Of a DNA stretch of 64,000 nt, positions 43,601 to 53,094 are shown piece after piece. The notes beneath the pieces were generated by a model. That model was not told where the DNA came from. It searched no databases and was given only the letters and a program-made list of their open reading frames with translations. Each line of letters begins with the position of its first letter. Position 1 is the stretch's first letter. The stretch covers positions 78,565 to 142,564 of the forward strand of contig CAZTIG010000003.1 in assembly GCA_964613665.1 (NCBI GenBank), given 5' to 3'. Source of the stretch: an uncultured Chloroflexia bacterium. Its GTDB lineage: Bacteria > Chloroflexota > Chloroflexia > DTKN01. The position numbers were made by a program, and so were the translations under genes.

Positions 43601-45667
43601 GACGGCGACGAGGTCGTCCTGCTCGACCCGGCCGGCCGGACCGCCGACGCCCTAGTCTACGGCACCGGGGTGTACACGGCGGTGGCCGGCTGGCAGGGGC
43701 CGCCGGTCGCCCCCTACTACGCCAGCGGCCAGGTCCTCCAGCGCGTCCTCGACGAGCAGACCGGCCGGCCCCTCCCCGACAGCGATAGTGCCGCCGACTG
43801 GCAGCAGGACAGCGCCGATCCCTGGCGCGGCCGGCGGTCCGTGCGGCCGGGCTGGGACCTGGAGGCCTTTTTCCGGCCGCTGTCGACGACCGCCGCGGCC
43901 TCGATCACCGTGGCCATAGCTCCCGACAACGCCGCCGCGGTGCTGCTTTCCGCCATTGCCCGGGCTCAACAGACGATCGAGATGGAACTCTATCAGCTAG
44001 AGCTGGCCAGCGTCGTCGACGCGCTCGTGGCGGCGCAGCAGCGCGGGGTCAGCGTGACCGTGCTGCTGGAAGGCGGCCCGGTCGGCGGCATCTCCGACCA
44101 GGAGCGCTGGGCCTGCCAGCAGATCGAAGGACACGGCGGGCAGTGCTGGTTCATGTTCCAGGATCCCGGCGCTGTCACCTCCACCGTCCCCATCCACGAC
44201 CGCTACGACTACCTGCATAGCAAGGTTGCCCTGTTCGACCGGGAGTGGGTTGTCGTCTCCTCCCAGAACCCCACCCCCAGCGGCCTGCCCGACGACGACA
44301 AGGGCGACGGCACATGGGGCTCGCGCGGCGTGCTCGTGCTGACCGACGCCCCGGCGGTGGTGCAGCGGGCCGCCGCCATCTTCGACGCCGACCTGGACCC
44401 GCTCCACCACCTGGACCTGATCCGCTGGGCTCCGGACAACCCCTACGGCTACGACGAGCCGCCGGCCGGCTTCCAGCCGATCACCGCTACGGGCGGGACC
44501 ACCTACACGGTCCAGTTTCCCGCCCCCCTGAGCATCTGGGGCACCCTTGGCTTTGAGCTGTTCTCGGCCCCCGAAGCCGCCCTGCGCCGGAGCGACGCCC
44601 TGCTGGGGCTTCTCGGGCAGGCCGGCCCGGGCGACCAGATCGACCTGCAGCAGGCGTACGAGCACAGCGTCTGGGGCAGTGACGGCCCCAACCTGCGCCT
44701 GGAGACGGCCATCGGCGCCGCCCAGCGGGGAGCCCGCGTGCGGCTGCTGCTCAGCGCACGGGCCTTTGGCCCGGATGCTTCCGACCTGGACAAGAACCGG
44801 GTCACGCTGGCCTACCTGGACAAGGTGGCCTGCGAACAGGGCCTCGACCTGGAGGCCCGCTGGGCCGACCCCACCGACGCCGGCATCCACAACAAGATGG
44901 CCCTGGTCCGCCTGGGCGGCCAGGGCTACGCTCACATCGGCAGCATCAACGGCAGCGAGAGCTCCAGCAAGCTCAACCGCGAGTTGGCGCTGCAGATCGC
45001 CTCCAACGACGTCTATGCCTACCTGGTGGCCATGTTCGACTCCGACTGGGCCACGGCGACCCCCGATCACGTCGTGGTCAGCGAGGTCCTCTACGACCCC
45101 GCCGACCCTCTGGACGCCGGCACGGAGTGGGTCGAGCTGTACAACCCCACCGCCCAAGGCATGACCCTGGCTGGCTGGCGGGTGGGCGACGCCATGGCCG
45201 GCGACGAATACGGCAGCGGCCGCTATACCTTCCCGGCCGGCACGGCCATCCCGGCACACGGCTTCCTGGTGCTCGCCGCCCAGGCCCTGGACTTTCGCGC
45301 CGCCTACGGGTTCGCCCCCGATTACGAGTTCCGCGTCGACCCGGCGCGCGATGACCCCAGCGTGCCCAACCTGACCCTGATCCCGGGCTCCGGCTCCGGC
45401 CTTGCCCTGGGCAACGACGGCGACGAGGTGGCCCTGTGGGACGCGAGCGGAGCTTTGGTCGACGTGCTGGTTTACTGCGGCGGCTCGGACCCCTGCGGCG
45501 GATCGTACCCCGGCGTGACCCCCTACTGGCCGGACGTAGCGCAGCCGGACCACTCCCTGGAGCGCCGACCGCCGGACATGGACACCGAAAACTGCCAGGT
45601 CGACTTCGTGGACAACTCCCTGCCCACGCCGCGGCAGCTGCCGGCCGGTTACTACGACTGCCGGTAG
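40652..45667 (+). CDS. Giant secreted protein: signal peptide, four lamin-tail domains (LTD), DUF11-type repeats, and a phospholipase D/nuclease-family domain with two HKD motifs
   Basis: Signal peptide MRSLLHRLAMLLSLLALLAPGPALLAA. LTD signatures (VVINEVAWMGT...DEWMELYN...LTGWHLRD) near 40790, 42410, 43340 and 45075. DUF11-like LTYTLAISNIGQLAAPG repeats. HKD motifs HSKVALFD (44212-44238) and HNKMALV (44884-44907). Confidence 0.75.
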   Translation: MRSLLHRLAMLLSLLALLAPGPALLAAPFPIALPQGGQAAAPLDVVINEVAWMGTAFNTADEWMELYNNTASAVDLTGWHLRDDDALDIALTGSIPAHGHYLLERTDDNTIPDIPADWYGSFGTGGLSDAGEVLTLTDSLGNVIDTANAENGAGWPAGTTSGRRSMERINPLLADIDSNWGTNTTWIRNGYDGGGAPINGTPRQRNSLSWPDLVVAKQAPPAAPVGAPISYQITVVNQGPLAAPGVLISDTLPAGFLYSAHDGPYPCSLSGGYLFSCQAGTIDPAGQGQVTITGSLALTASGTLLNLVYATAAITEITGTNNLAQAATLVQEAHADLAVAKTGPATVEPGDALTYTLAISNIGQLAAPGLLITDTLPTGLAFVSQDSPYTFTQLAPQTLFWEAGTLDSGASSRITVSAEVLPTATGTLANQVWATTAITEVTSTNNLAWAYTLVEAIEPDLAVAKAGPASAHPGDPLTYTLAISSIGALTAPGVRLTDTLPAGLAFSDSTPYPDLQPAPGVLVWTLGDLPPSTSQTVLVYGTVVPTAGGTLVNTIVATTPLTETDPGNNSATWTTTVLPPGEGLVVINEVAWGGTADSAADEWMELYNAAPGAVDLAGWTLRSSDGTPTIPLTGTIPPGGYFLLERDDDSTVSDIPADLIYQGGLNNGPPGEVLTLTNALSQVVSTANANGGAWPAGSGSPSYLSMERVDPLAPDTDAGWVSNDTVHRNGLAANGAAINGTPKYPNSPLQRPDLAVTKTGPESAAIGLPITYTLLIGNVGLEDAADVRITDTLPIGISFVSQTSSYPFSFEQAGNLLVWTADLLPTATTAAITLHALVASGAPAQVQNCLAATTAGAETVLDNNSACWQTTVAGGTVPVYLPLVFRDYCLQLQIGAVFFKGYLTGQPDEAVQLYNAGTVPIDLSGWSLCKFTTSLRCWALPPLSIAPAQPLWLSHDAAAFALTFGFPPDYEAASWFSGGNLSDDGDEVVLLDPAGRTADALVYGTGVYTAVAGWQGPPVAPYYASGQVLQRVLDEQTGRPLPDSDSAADWQQDSADPWRGRRSVRPGWDLEAFFRPLSTTAAASITVAIAPDNAAAVLLSAIARAQQTIEMELYQLELASVVDALVAAQQRGVSVTVLLEGGPVGGISDQERWACQQIEGHGGQCWFMFQDPGAVTSTVPIHDRYDYLHSKVALFDREWVVVSSQNPTPSGLPDDDKGDGTWGSRGVLVLTDAPAVVQRAAAIFDADLDPLHHLDLIRWAPDNPYGYDEPPAGFQPITATGGTTYTVQFPAPLSIWGTLGFELFSAPEAALRRSDALLGLLGQAGPGDQIDLQQAYEHSVWGSDGPNLRLETAIGAAQRGARVRLLLSARAFGPDASDLDKNRVTLAYLDKVACEQGLDLEARWADPTDAGIHNKMALVRLGGQGYAHIGSINGSESSSKLNRELALQIASNDVYAYLVAMFDSDWATATPDHVVVSEVLYDPADPLDAGTEWVELYNPTAQGMTLAGWRVGDAMAGDEYGSGRYTFPAGTAIPAHGFLVLAAQALDFRAAYGFAPDYEFRVDPARDDPSVPNLTLIPGSGSGLALGNDGDEVALWDASGALVDVLVYCGGSDPCGGSYPGVTPYWPDVAQPDHSLERRPPDMDTENCQVDFVDNSLPTPRQLPAGYYDCR

Positions 45668-45695
45668 CTGCTCCCACCGCGGCACAGCGATCCCT

Positions 45696-46000
45696 TTGGC
45701 CTGGGTCTTTCTGCCCGCCAACCGCAAGAAGGCCTGGCCGCCGGTGATCCTGGAGCTCCTCAAGAGCGTGGCCGTGTTGATCCCCGCCCGCTACGAGGTA
45801 TTGTTGCTGACCGACCGCGGCTTGTATTCGCCCCGCCTGTATCGTTCCCTGCGCCACCGGCCCTGGCATCTCCTCTTGCGGGTCAACGCCCAGGCCTCGT
45901 CTCGGCGGCGGCGGGAAGCCTGGCGGCCCGTCGCGGCTCTCTTGCCTGGACCGGGACACCACTGGCGTGGGGCGCGAGATATGCCCGGATCTCTGATAGT
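45696..46000 (+). pseudogene. Remnant of a DDE transposase (IS4/IS701-like internal fragment)
   Basis: Translated fragment ...VLLLTDRGLYSPRLYRSLRHRPWHLLLRVNAQA matches the DDE transposase core pattern (vvlaDRGF.s..l...l...g..fviRlk.n). No intact ORF, no inverted repeats seen. Confidence 0.35.
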
Positions 46001-46152
46001 ATCCTTGACTCAGTCCGCGGATTGTGCTATGCTGTCGCCCGGCCCCCCCGGGCCGGATAGCCCTTGGGAGAAGCGGAGCGCTCCGCTGGACATGTAGACA
46101 ATAGGCAGCTCTCCCCCGCGATCGCGGCAGCACCGCCGGCAAGGAGCCGTTC

Positions 46153-47166
46153 ATGCAAGCCGTCGTCTTCCCCGCTCCCAACACAGTGATCCTGGACCAG
46201 GTCGCCGATCCGCGCTGCGCGGCCGACGAGGTCGTCGTGCAGGTCGCGCAGGTGGGGATCTGCGGCACGGACCTGCATCTCTACCGCAACGAATACCCCG
46301 CCAGCTTCCCGCTGATCGCCGGCCATGAGTTCGCGGGGCAGATCGTCCAGGTAGGGCCAGGCGTCACCCGGTTCCACCGCGGCCAACGGGTCGCGGTCGA
46401 CCCGAATCTCTCCTGCGGCGCGTGCCACTTCTGCCGGCGGCAGCAGACCAACCACTGCCTCAACTGGCAGGGGATCGGCATTACCCGCCCGGGCGCGTTC
46501 GCCGAATACGTGGCCGTGCCGGCCCGCGCCTGTTACCCCCTGCCGGACACCCTGACCGATACGCAGGCCGCCTTTATCGAACCCCTCTCCTGCGTCGTCC
46601 ACGCCCTGAACCGCCTGCGCGTCTGGCCGGGCGACGAGGTGTTGATCTTTGGCGCCGGGCCGATGGGCCTGCTGCTGCTCCAGGCTCTGCAGCGCAGCGG
46701 GGCGGCGCAGGTCGCGGTGGTGGAGAAACAAGCCCACCGGCGCAGCCTGGCCCGGGACATGGGCGCCGGCACTGCCGTGGATGCCGCCGCGGACCAGATG
46801 GAGGTGCTGCGGGAATTGGCTCCCCACGGGTTTGCCATCGTCGTCGACGCCACGGGGTCGCCCGCCGTCATCGAGCGGGCTCTCGACTTCCTAAAGCCGC
46901 GCGGACAGTACTTGCAGTTCGGCGTGGCGCCGCAGGGAGCGCGCGTCCCCTGGTCGCCCTACGAGATCTTTCGCCGGGATTGGACCATCATCGGCAGCTT
47001 CGCGCTTTGTTACGACTTTGAGCCGGCGATCACCTGGCTGGCCAACCGCGTCGTGGACATCGCGCCCCTGTTCAGCCACACGCTGCCGCTGGCGGACTTT
47101 GCGCACGCCTTCCAGGAGTTTGCCGCCGGCCGAACGCTCAAGGTACACCTGCGGCCGCGAGCGTGA
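46153..47166 (+). CDS. Zinc-dependent medium-chain alcohol dehydrogenase (threonine/sorbitol dehydrogenase-like)
   Basis: GICGTDLH, structural-zinc cysteines [15 protein letters not shown], Rossmann GAGPMG. AAGGAG RBS. Confidence 0.85.
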   Translation: MQAVVFPAPNTVILDQVADPRCAADEVVVQVAQVGICGTDLHLYRNEYPASFPLIAGHEFAGQIVQVGPGVTRFHRGQRVAVDPNLSCGACHFCRRQQTNHCLNWQGIGITRPGAFAEYVAVPARACYPLPDTLTDTQAAFIEPLSCVVHALNRLRVWPGDEVLIFGAGPMGLLLLQALQRSGAAQVAVVEKQAHRRSLARDMGAGTAVDAAADQMEVLRELAPHGFAIVVDATGSPAVIERALDFLKPRGQYLQFGVAPQGARVPWSPYEIFRRDWTIIGSFALCYDFEPAITWLANRVVDIAPLFSHTLPLADFAHAFQEFAAGRTLKVHLRPRA

Positions 47167-47558
47167 CCTGCCGGGGCCGCTCGAAAGCCGCTCAGTTGGG
47201 GGCAAGTACCCGTGGCGCTAACGGGCGGTACCGTATCACGAACAGGACAGGCCAGGACCTTTCACGATCAGGAGGGGCGCGAAGAGTGGAGATCACGCCC
47301 ACAGACACCTTCTGCAGGAACCTGCATGGGGATTGTCCCGTGCCCACCTTGATGCCGGGAGAAGTCCGGCCGACGGACTCCTTCTGCGATGTTGAGCCAA
47401 GAGGGCCGGAAGCTCAAACCCGGACGACTACCGTGGTAAGCGTGGCTGCTGATCAGATTCGCCCTGGCAGTGCAGAAGACAGCCTCCGGTTGCGCCAGTA
47501 CCAAAGAGGAGGGAGATGGGCAACCACCTGATTGGCGCGATGCCCCAGCGCAGCAAGC

Positions 47559-47587
47559 TTGACCTGTATGCACGGCTATGCTAGAAT
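47559..47587 (+). promoter_or_regulatory. Near-consensus sigma70 promoter (TTGACC, 17-bp spacer, TAGAAT) ~330 nt upstream of pgk
   Basis: ttgacc 47559-47564, tagaat 47582-47587. Confidence 0.5.
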
Positions 47588-47920
47588 GCACCACAGGAGG
47601 CCGCCGGCCTCCGAGCAGTCGATTTGCCACATCGGCAGGCTGCCCCCGGGCGCAGTTGTGCTGCGCGGGCCCTCCGCAGGAGCAGCCATGGCCTCTTTGA
47701 AATCCAGGCGCAAGAGGAAACGGCAGCGCTACGAGCCGCGGAGGCACAGAATGGAGGAGGGACCCTGCGGGGAAGCAAGGTCGCTGTTGAGCCGCGGGGC
47801 TACAACCAGATGTCCGCTGTGCTGGCGGATTTCGTCGTTGATCTTTCGTCATCGGTCACCCACATCGCCTTGCCGTCCGTGATCAGCAGATACGGGCAAG
47901 CCGCAAACACGGAGGTTCCC

Positions 47921-49099
47921 ATGAACAAGAAGACCGTGCGTGACATCGAGGTCCAGGGCAAGCGTGTGCTCATGCGCGTCGACTTTAACGTGCCGCTCAA
48001 GGACGGCCAGGTCGGCGACGACACCCGCATCCAGGCGGCGCTGCCCACGATCCGCTACCTCCTGGAGCACGGTGCCGCCGTGGTGCTGATGTCCCACCTG
48101 GGCCGGCCCAAGGGTGTGGACGACAAGCTGCGCCTGGCCCCGGTGGGCGCGCGGCTGACCGAGCTGCTCGGCCGGCCGGTGCGCGCCCTGGCCGACTGCG
48201 TCGGCCCCGAGGTGGAGGCGGCAGTCCAGGCCATGCACCCGGGCGACTTGGTTCTGTTGGAGAACCTCCGCTTCCACGCCGAGGAAGAGAAGAACGATCA
48301 CGCCTTTGCCGGGCAACTGGCGCGGCTCGGCGATATCTATGTCAATGATGCCTTCGGCACCGCGCACCGCGCCCATGCCTCCACCGAGGGAGTGGCCCAC
48401 TACCTGCCGGCCGTGGCCGGTTTCCTGATGGAAAAGGAGCTACAGGCACTGGGAAGGGCCCTGGAGAACCCCGAGCGCCCCTTCGTGGCCATCCTCGGCG
48501 GGGCCAAGATCTCGGACAAGATCGGCGTCATCCGCAACCTGCTGGGCACCGCCGACGCGCTGCTGGTCGGCGGTGGCATGGCCAATACCTTCCTGAAGGC
48601 CCAGGGGCACGACGTCGCCGCCTCGCTGGTGGAGGAGGAGGCCCTGGCCACGGCCAGGGAGATCCTCACCGAGACCTGCGACTGCGGCAAGGAGTTCCTC
48701 CTGCCGGTGGACGCGGTCGTGGCCGACCGCTTTGCCGCCGATGCCGCCCACCAGACGGTGCCGGTGGACCAGGTACCGGCCGGCTGGCGCATCCTGGACA
48801 TCGGCCCACGCACGGTGGCCTCCTTCCGCGAGGCGTTGCAGGGCGCCAGGCTGGTCGTGTGGAACGGCCCGATGGGCGTCTTTGAGTTCCCGGCCTTTGC
48901 CACCGGCACCCGCGCCGTGGCCCAGGCCGTGGCCGAGAGCGGGGCCTACAGCGTGGTCGGCGGCGGCGACTCGGTGGCCGCGCTGCAGGAGCTCGGCCTG
49001 GCCGATCGGATCGGCCACCTCTCCACCGGTGGCGGTGCCAGCCTGGAGTTCCTGGAGGGCAGGCCGCTGCCGGGGGTGGAGATCCTGCTGGACCGGTAG
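47921..49099 (+). CDS. pgk: Phosphoglycerate kinase
   Basis: [26 protein letters not shown]...: canonical PGK N-terminus and domains. GGAGG RBS. Confidence 0.95.
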   Translation: MNKKTVRDIEVQGKRVLMRVDFNVPLKDGQVGDDTRIQAALPTIRYLLEHGAAVVLMSHLGRPKGVDDKLRLAPVGARLTELLGRPVRALADCVGPEVEAAVQAMHPGDLVLLENLRFHAEEEKNDHAFAGQLARLGDIYVNDAFGTAHRAHASTEGVAHYLPAVAGFLMEKELQALGRALENPERPFVAILGGAKISDKIGVIRNLLGTADALLVGGGMANTFLKAQGHDVAASLVEEEALATAREILTETCDCGKEFLLPVDAVVADRFAADAAHQTVPVDQVPAGWRILDIGPRTVASFREALQGARLVVWNGPMGVFEFPAFATGTRAVAQAVAESGAYSVVGGGDSVAALQELGLADRIGHLSTGGGASLEFLEGRPLPGVEILLDR

Positions 49100-49160
49100 C
49101 TCCGCCGAGGCGAGATCATCCGCCGGCGTCGATTCCATGAGTGAACAGGAGGCGTGGGCC

Positions 49161-49934
49161 ATGGCTCGCCGTACCCCCATCATTGCCGGAAACTGGAAGT
49201 GCCACCGGACTCTGGAGGAAGCCGCTGCCCTGGCCGACGGGATCGTCCAGGCCGTGGCCGACGTACAGGGTGTCGAGGTGGTGCTCTGCCCACCCTTCGT
49301 GGCCCTGGCGGCGGTGCGCGAGCGGCTGGCCGGCAGCGCCGTGCGCCTGGGAGCGCAGAATGCCTATACCCAGGAGGGCGCCTACACCGGCGAAGTGGCC
49401 CCGCGCATGCTGGCCGGCCTGTGCCGGTACGTCATCCTGGGGCACTCGGAACGGCGACGCATCTTTGGCGAGGGGGACGACCTCGTCAACGCCAAGGTGC
49501 AGGCAGTGCTGGGGGCCGGCATGGCGCCGATCCTCTGCGTCGGGGAGAGCCTGGAGGAGAACGAGCGCGGCGAGACAGAGGCGGTCGTCTCGCAGCAGGT
49601 ACGGACCGCACTGGCCGGCGTGGACGGCCGGCAGCTCGCCGAGGCGGGCAGCGTCATCGCCTACGAGCCGGTCTGGGCTATCGGCACGGGCAGGTCGTGC
49701 CCCGGCCTGGTCGCCGGGGCCATCTGCGGCACGATCCGCCGCGTGCTGGCCGCCATGGGCGACGACCAGTTGGCCGCGGCGATACGCATACAGTACGGCG
49801 GCAGTGCCAACGCCGGCAACATCGCCGAGTACATGGAACAACCCGACATCGACGGGGCCCTGGTGGGTGGGGCCAGTCTCAAGGTGGAGGAGTTTGCAGC
49901 GATGGTGCGGCGAACCGCCCACCTGCGCGTCTAG
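49161..49934 (+). CDS. tpiA: Triosephosphate isomerase
   Basis: IIAGNWKCH, ILGHSERR, AYEPVWAIGTG, QYGGS motifs. AGGAGG RBS. Confidence 0.95.
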   Translation: MARRTPIIAGNWKCHRTLEEAAALADGIVQAVADVQGVEVVLCPPFVALAAVRERLAGSAVRLGAQNAYTQEGAYTGEVAPRMLAGLCRYVILGHSERRRIFGEGDDLVNAKVQAVLGAGMAPILCVGESLEENERGETEAVVSQQVRTALAGVDGRQLAEAGSVIAYEPVWAIGTGRSCPGLVAGAICGTIRRVLAAMGDDQLAAAIRIQYGGSANAGNIAEYMEQPDIDGALVGGASLKVEEFAAMVRRTAHLRV

Positions 49935-49981
49935 ACGATTCCCAGGCCGCTGCGGCCTACTCCCTGCACTGGAGGAAGAAG

Positions 49982-50248
49982 ATGTCCGAGCGAGAGGAGA
50001 TCGTTGCCCGGCTGCGCCGCATCGAGGGCCAGGTGCGCGGCCTGGCGCGCATGGTGGAGGGCGGAGAACCGTGCCAGGACATCATGACCCAAGTGCTGGC
50101 CGCCCGCGCAGCCCTGGACCAGGCCGCGCTGAAGATCGTCTCCGACTACCTCGAGCACTGCCTGCCGGAGGAGCCATCGCCGGAGCAGGTTCGGCAGGCC
50201 CGCCGGAACATGCAGCGCCTGCTGGACCTGGTACTGCGGCTGGAGTAG
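49982..50248 (+). CDS. Metal-sensing transcriptional repressor, CsoR/RcnR/FrmR family
   Basis: 88 aa. RLRRIEGQVRGLARMVEGGEPCQDIMTQVLA...YLEHC (W-X-Y-Z Cys/His pattern). Confidence 0.8.
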   Translation: MSEREEIVARLRRIEGQVRGLARMVEGGEPCQDIMTQVLAARAALDQAALKIVSDYLEHCLPEEPSPEQVRQARRNMQRLLDLVLRLE

Positions 50249-50584
50249 GTGCGGACGATGCAACCACTGGCCGACGTTAGCGACGCCACCTTCGAGCAGG
50301 AGGTTCTCCAGTCGCCATTGCCCGTCCTGGTGGACTTCTGGGCAGCGTCGTGCGGCCCCTGCCGGCGGATGCACGCCGCACTGGAGGCGTTGGCCCCGGA
50401 GCTGGCCGACCAGGTGCGCATCGTGCGGCTGGATGTCGCCGCCAACCCCCAGACACCGGCTGCGGAGGGCGTCCTGAACCTGCCCACGGTGATCCTCTAC
50501 CGCGACGGCCGGCCACTGGGGCGCTGGGGCAGCCTGTCGAGGGAAGGGCTGCGGCGGCGTTTGCAGCAGGCCCTGGCGAGGTGA
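50249..50584 (+). CDS. Thioredoxin
   Basis: WAASCGPCR active site (CGPC). GTG start adjacent to the csoR-like stop (alternative ATG 50258). Confidence 0.8.
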   Translation: MRTMQPLADVSDATFEQEVLQSPLPVLVDFWAASCGPCRRMHAALEALAPELADQVRIVRLDVAANPQTPAAEGVLNLPTVILYRDGRPLGRWGSLSREGLRRRLQQALAR

Positions 50585-50904
50585 CCAGCACCGGGCCGCA
50601 GATCCGCGTGTCCGCACCGGGCACCCTGCTGCGTGCGGCCAGGCTGACTGCCGCACGGCGCCATCCGGCCTGGCCGGCCTAGCGGACGAGGACCTCCTTG
50701 GGGCCGCAAGCCCGTGGGTCGTCCCGCTGCATCGAGCTTTACAAACCTTACCCACCGCGCTATAATACGTGTGCGATGCAGGCAGACTGCCGGCCGCATC
50801 GCCCGCCTTGGCGCGCCATAGAGCGCCGCACGAGGCGTGCGGGCCAGGGTCCGAGACTGGGCGGCAGCGCGGCCAGTGGCCAGACTCTGCTGCGGGAGCC
50901 AGCG

Positions 50905-52170
50905 ATGCAGCGTGACATCCATATGCAGTGCACCGCCAGCCGTCAGCAGATACCTGTCCTGCAGGAGGAGCAGGTCCTCTACCTCCTGGTGGAGATCTTC
51001 CCGGCTGCCGAGGGGATCGGGCAGTCGCGACTGCCCCTGGACATCTGCCTCCTCCTCGACTGCAGCAGCTCGATGCGCGGCGACCGCCTCTTCGAGGCCA
51101 AGGAGGCCGGCCGCTACATCGTCAGCCAACTGACCCCCGACGACTACTTCTGCCTGGTGGCATTCAACGACGCGGCCACTGTCATCGTGCCCCGCCAGCC
51201 GGTGCAGACCCCCGTCTCGCTCCGCGAGCATATCACCGACGTGCAGGCCTCTGGCGGCACGGAGATGGCCCGCGGACTGGAGCAGGCCCTGGAGCAGATG
51301 TCCCGGGCCGTTGCCTTCTCCGGCGTGCGCCGCATCATCCTCCTGACCGACGGCCAGACGTACGGAGACGAGAACCGCTGCGTCGAGCTGGCCCGCCGGG
51401 CCCAGCAGTCCGGGATCGGCATCACCGCCCTGGGCGTGGGCGACGAGTGGAACGAGGATCTCCTGTCCACCGTGGCCGCGCACGGGAATAGCCGCAGCGA
51501 GTACATCGCCAGTGCCGAGGCGATCATCCCGCTATTCCGCGAGGAGATGCGCCTGCTGCAGGGGATCGTGGCCCAGGAAATGGCCCTGACGGTGCGCCCG
51601 GCGGCCGGCCTGGCCATACAGAGCTTCTTTCGCGTCTCCCCGGAGATCGCCCCACTGTCCCTACAGGAGCGGGAGCGCGGCCGGCTGGTCCCGCTGGGGG
51701 AGTGGCTGGGCACGGACCCCCAGGCCTTTCTCGCAGAGATGGTGATCACCCCGCTGCCGCCGGGCAACCACCGCGTCCTGCAGGTCAACTTCTCCTATCG
51801 CCTGCCGCGGGAGCACTCTCGCCGCGAGACCTCCTACGACCTGTATCTCGCCTGCATCCCCGCGGCCCCGCCCCAGGCCGAGATTCCGGAAAGGGTCCGC
51901 CAGGGCCTGGAGAGGCTGACGGCCTATCGCCTGCAAGAATCGGCCTGGCAGGACGCCCGCCGCGGAGACATCGACCAGGCCACGCGGCGGCTGGAGGCCG
52001 CGGCGACCCGCCTGGTGCAGCTAGGCGAAGACCGCCTGGCTAGGGTTGTAGAGGAAGAAGCCCTGCGGCTTCAGCGGACCGGGCGTGCCTCGGCATCGGC
52101 AAAAAAGACCATTCTCTACGGAACGCAGCGCCTGGGCCGGCACCGGCACGAACAAGAGCGCATGGAGTGA
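50905..52170 (+). CDS. von Willebrand factor type A (VWA) domain protein
   Basis: DICLLLDCSSSM MIDAS start (DxSxS), ILLTDGQ. C-terminal alpha-helical region. Confidence 0.75.
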   Translation: MQRDIHMQCTASRQQIPVLQEEQVLYLLVEIFPAAEGIGQSRLPLDICLLLDCSSSMRGDRLFEAKEAGRYIVSQLTPDDYFCLVAFNDAATVIVPRQPVQTPVSLREHITDVQASGGTEMARGLEQALEQMSRAVAFSGVRRIILLTDGQTYGDENRCVELARRAQQSGIGITALGVGDEWNEDLLSTVAAHGNSRSEYIASAEAIIPLFREEMRLLQGIVAQEMALTVRPAAGLAIQSFFRVSPEIAPLSLQERERGRLVPLGEWLGTDPQAFLAEMVITPLPPGNHRVLQVNFSYRLPREHSRRETSYDLYLACIPAAPPQAEIPERVRQGLERLTAYRLQESAWQDARRGDIDQATRRLEAAATRLVQLGEDRLARVVEEEALRLQRTGRASASAKKTILYGTQRLGRHRHEQERME

Positions 52171-52173
52171 GCA

Positions 52174-52701
52174 ATGATCGTCTGCCCGTACTGCCAGCAC
52201 GAATCGTTGGAGGGCACGATTTTCTGCCCCGAGTGCGGGGCTAGCCTGGTCGCGGCCGGGGAACCTGCTCCCGTCGTGCAGAAGGAACAGCCTCCGGCGG
52301 CACCAGCGCCTGAGCGAAGGGCTCCTGCCGAGAGCGGTGCCAGGACCACGGCGCACATCTCGCCCACGCAGCTGCGCCTCCTGGTGCTGAACAGCGGCCG
52401 GACGATCCCCTGCCCGATGGGCGAGGTCATTCTGATCGGGCGATCCGACGCCAGTGCCGGCGTCTTTCCCGAGGTCGATCTCAACCAGGACAACGGCTAC
52501 ATGGCCGGGGTTTCGCGACGGCACGCCCGCATCATCCGCCGGGGCGACGACTTCTACCTGGAAGACCTGAGCAGCATGAACGGGACCTTTTTGAACCGCA
52601 ACCGGCTGCCGGCGCATACGCCGACGCTGTTCCAGGACGGTGACGAGATTCGCCTGGGCAACCTGGTCGTGCGCGTGATCGTCGAGGAAGATCAGCCCTG
52701 A
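52174..52701 (+). CDS. Zinc-ribbon + FHA domain protein
   Basis: CPYCQHESLEGTIFCPECG. FHA core: GR...D..L.....VSRRHARI..RGDDFYLEDLSSMNGTFLNRNRL. Start 4 nt after the VWA stop. Confidence 0.8.
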   Translation: MIVCPYCQHESLEGTIFCPECGASLVAAGEPAPVVQKEQPPAAPAPERRAPAESGARTTAHISPTQLRLLVLNSGRTIPCPMGEVILIGRSDASAGVFPEVDLNQDNGYMAGVSRRHARIIRRGDDFYLEDLSSMNGTFLNRNRLPAHTPTLFQDGDEIRLGNLVVRVIVEEDQP

Positions 52702-52761
52702 GCCGCCACGGCCCGGAGCCCGCCTGCCCGCGCGGATCCGCTGCCATACAGGAGGGAAAAG

Positions 52762-53007
52762 GTGCCCAACACGCTTCTGATCCACGTGATCGGCGAGGAA
52801 CCGATGCTGGCCGACGCCGACGAGCTGCCCAACCCCCAGGACCAATTCCTCCACTTCGCCAACCCCCGCAAGCGGGATGGCAAGGCCATCTCCTACGTTA
52901 CCCACGGGGCGACCGACTTTTACCTGCCTTGGCACCGCATCAGCATCGTCGAGGTCCTGCGGGGAGAGGCCGAAGAGGTCGAGGTCGTCGAGTTCTTCCG
53001 CGAGTAG
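52762..53007 (+). CDS. Small hypothetical protein (81 aa)
   Basis: GTG start with GGAGGG RBS. Strongly GC3-biased codon usage consistent with real coding. Confidence 0.5.
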   Translation: MPNTLLIHVIGEEPMLADADELPNPQDQFLHFANPRKRDGKAISYVTHGATDFYLPWHRISIVEVLRGEAEEVEVVEFFRE

Positions 53008-53094
53008 AGGACGCAGAGAGAGCGGGAGGCGCAGAGGCATGTGCAGGTCCCTGCGCTCGCGCCCTCTTCCGCGTCCTCTGCATGGGAGGCACGG

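Noticed and set aside
47687-47882. 66-codon basic ORF ([19 protein letters not shown]...) in the pgk leader
   Set aside because: It has a poor RBS and a low-complexity basic sequence. It is noted only as part of the leader finding.
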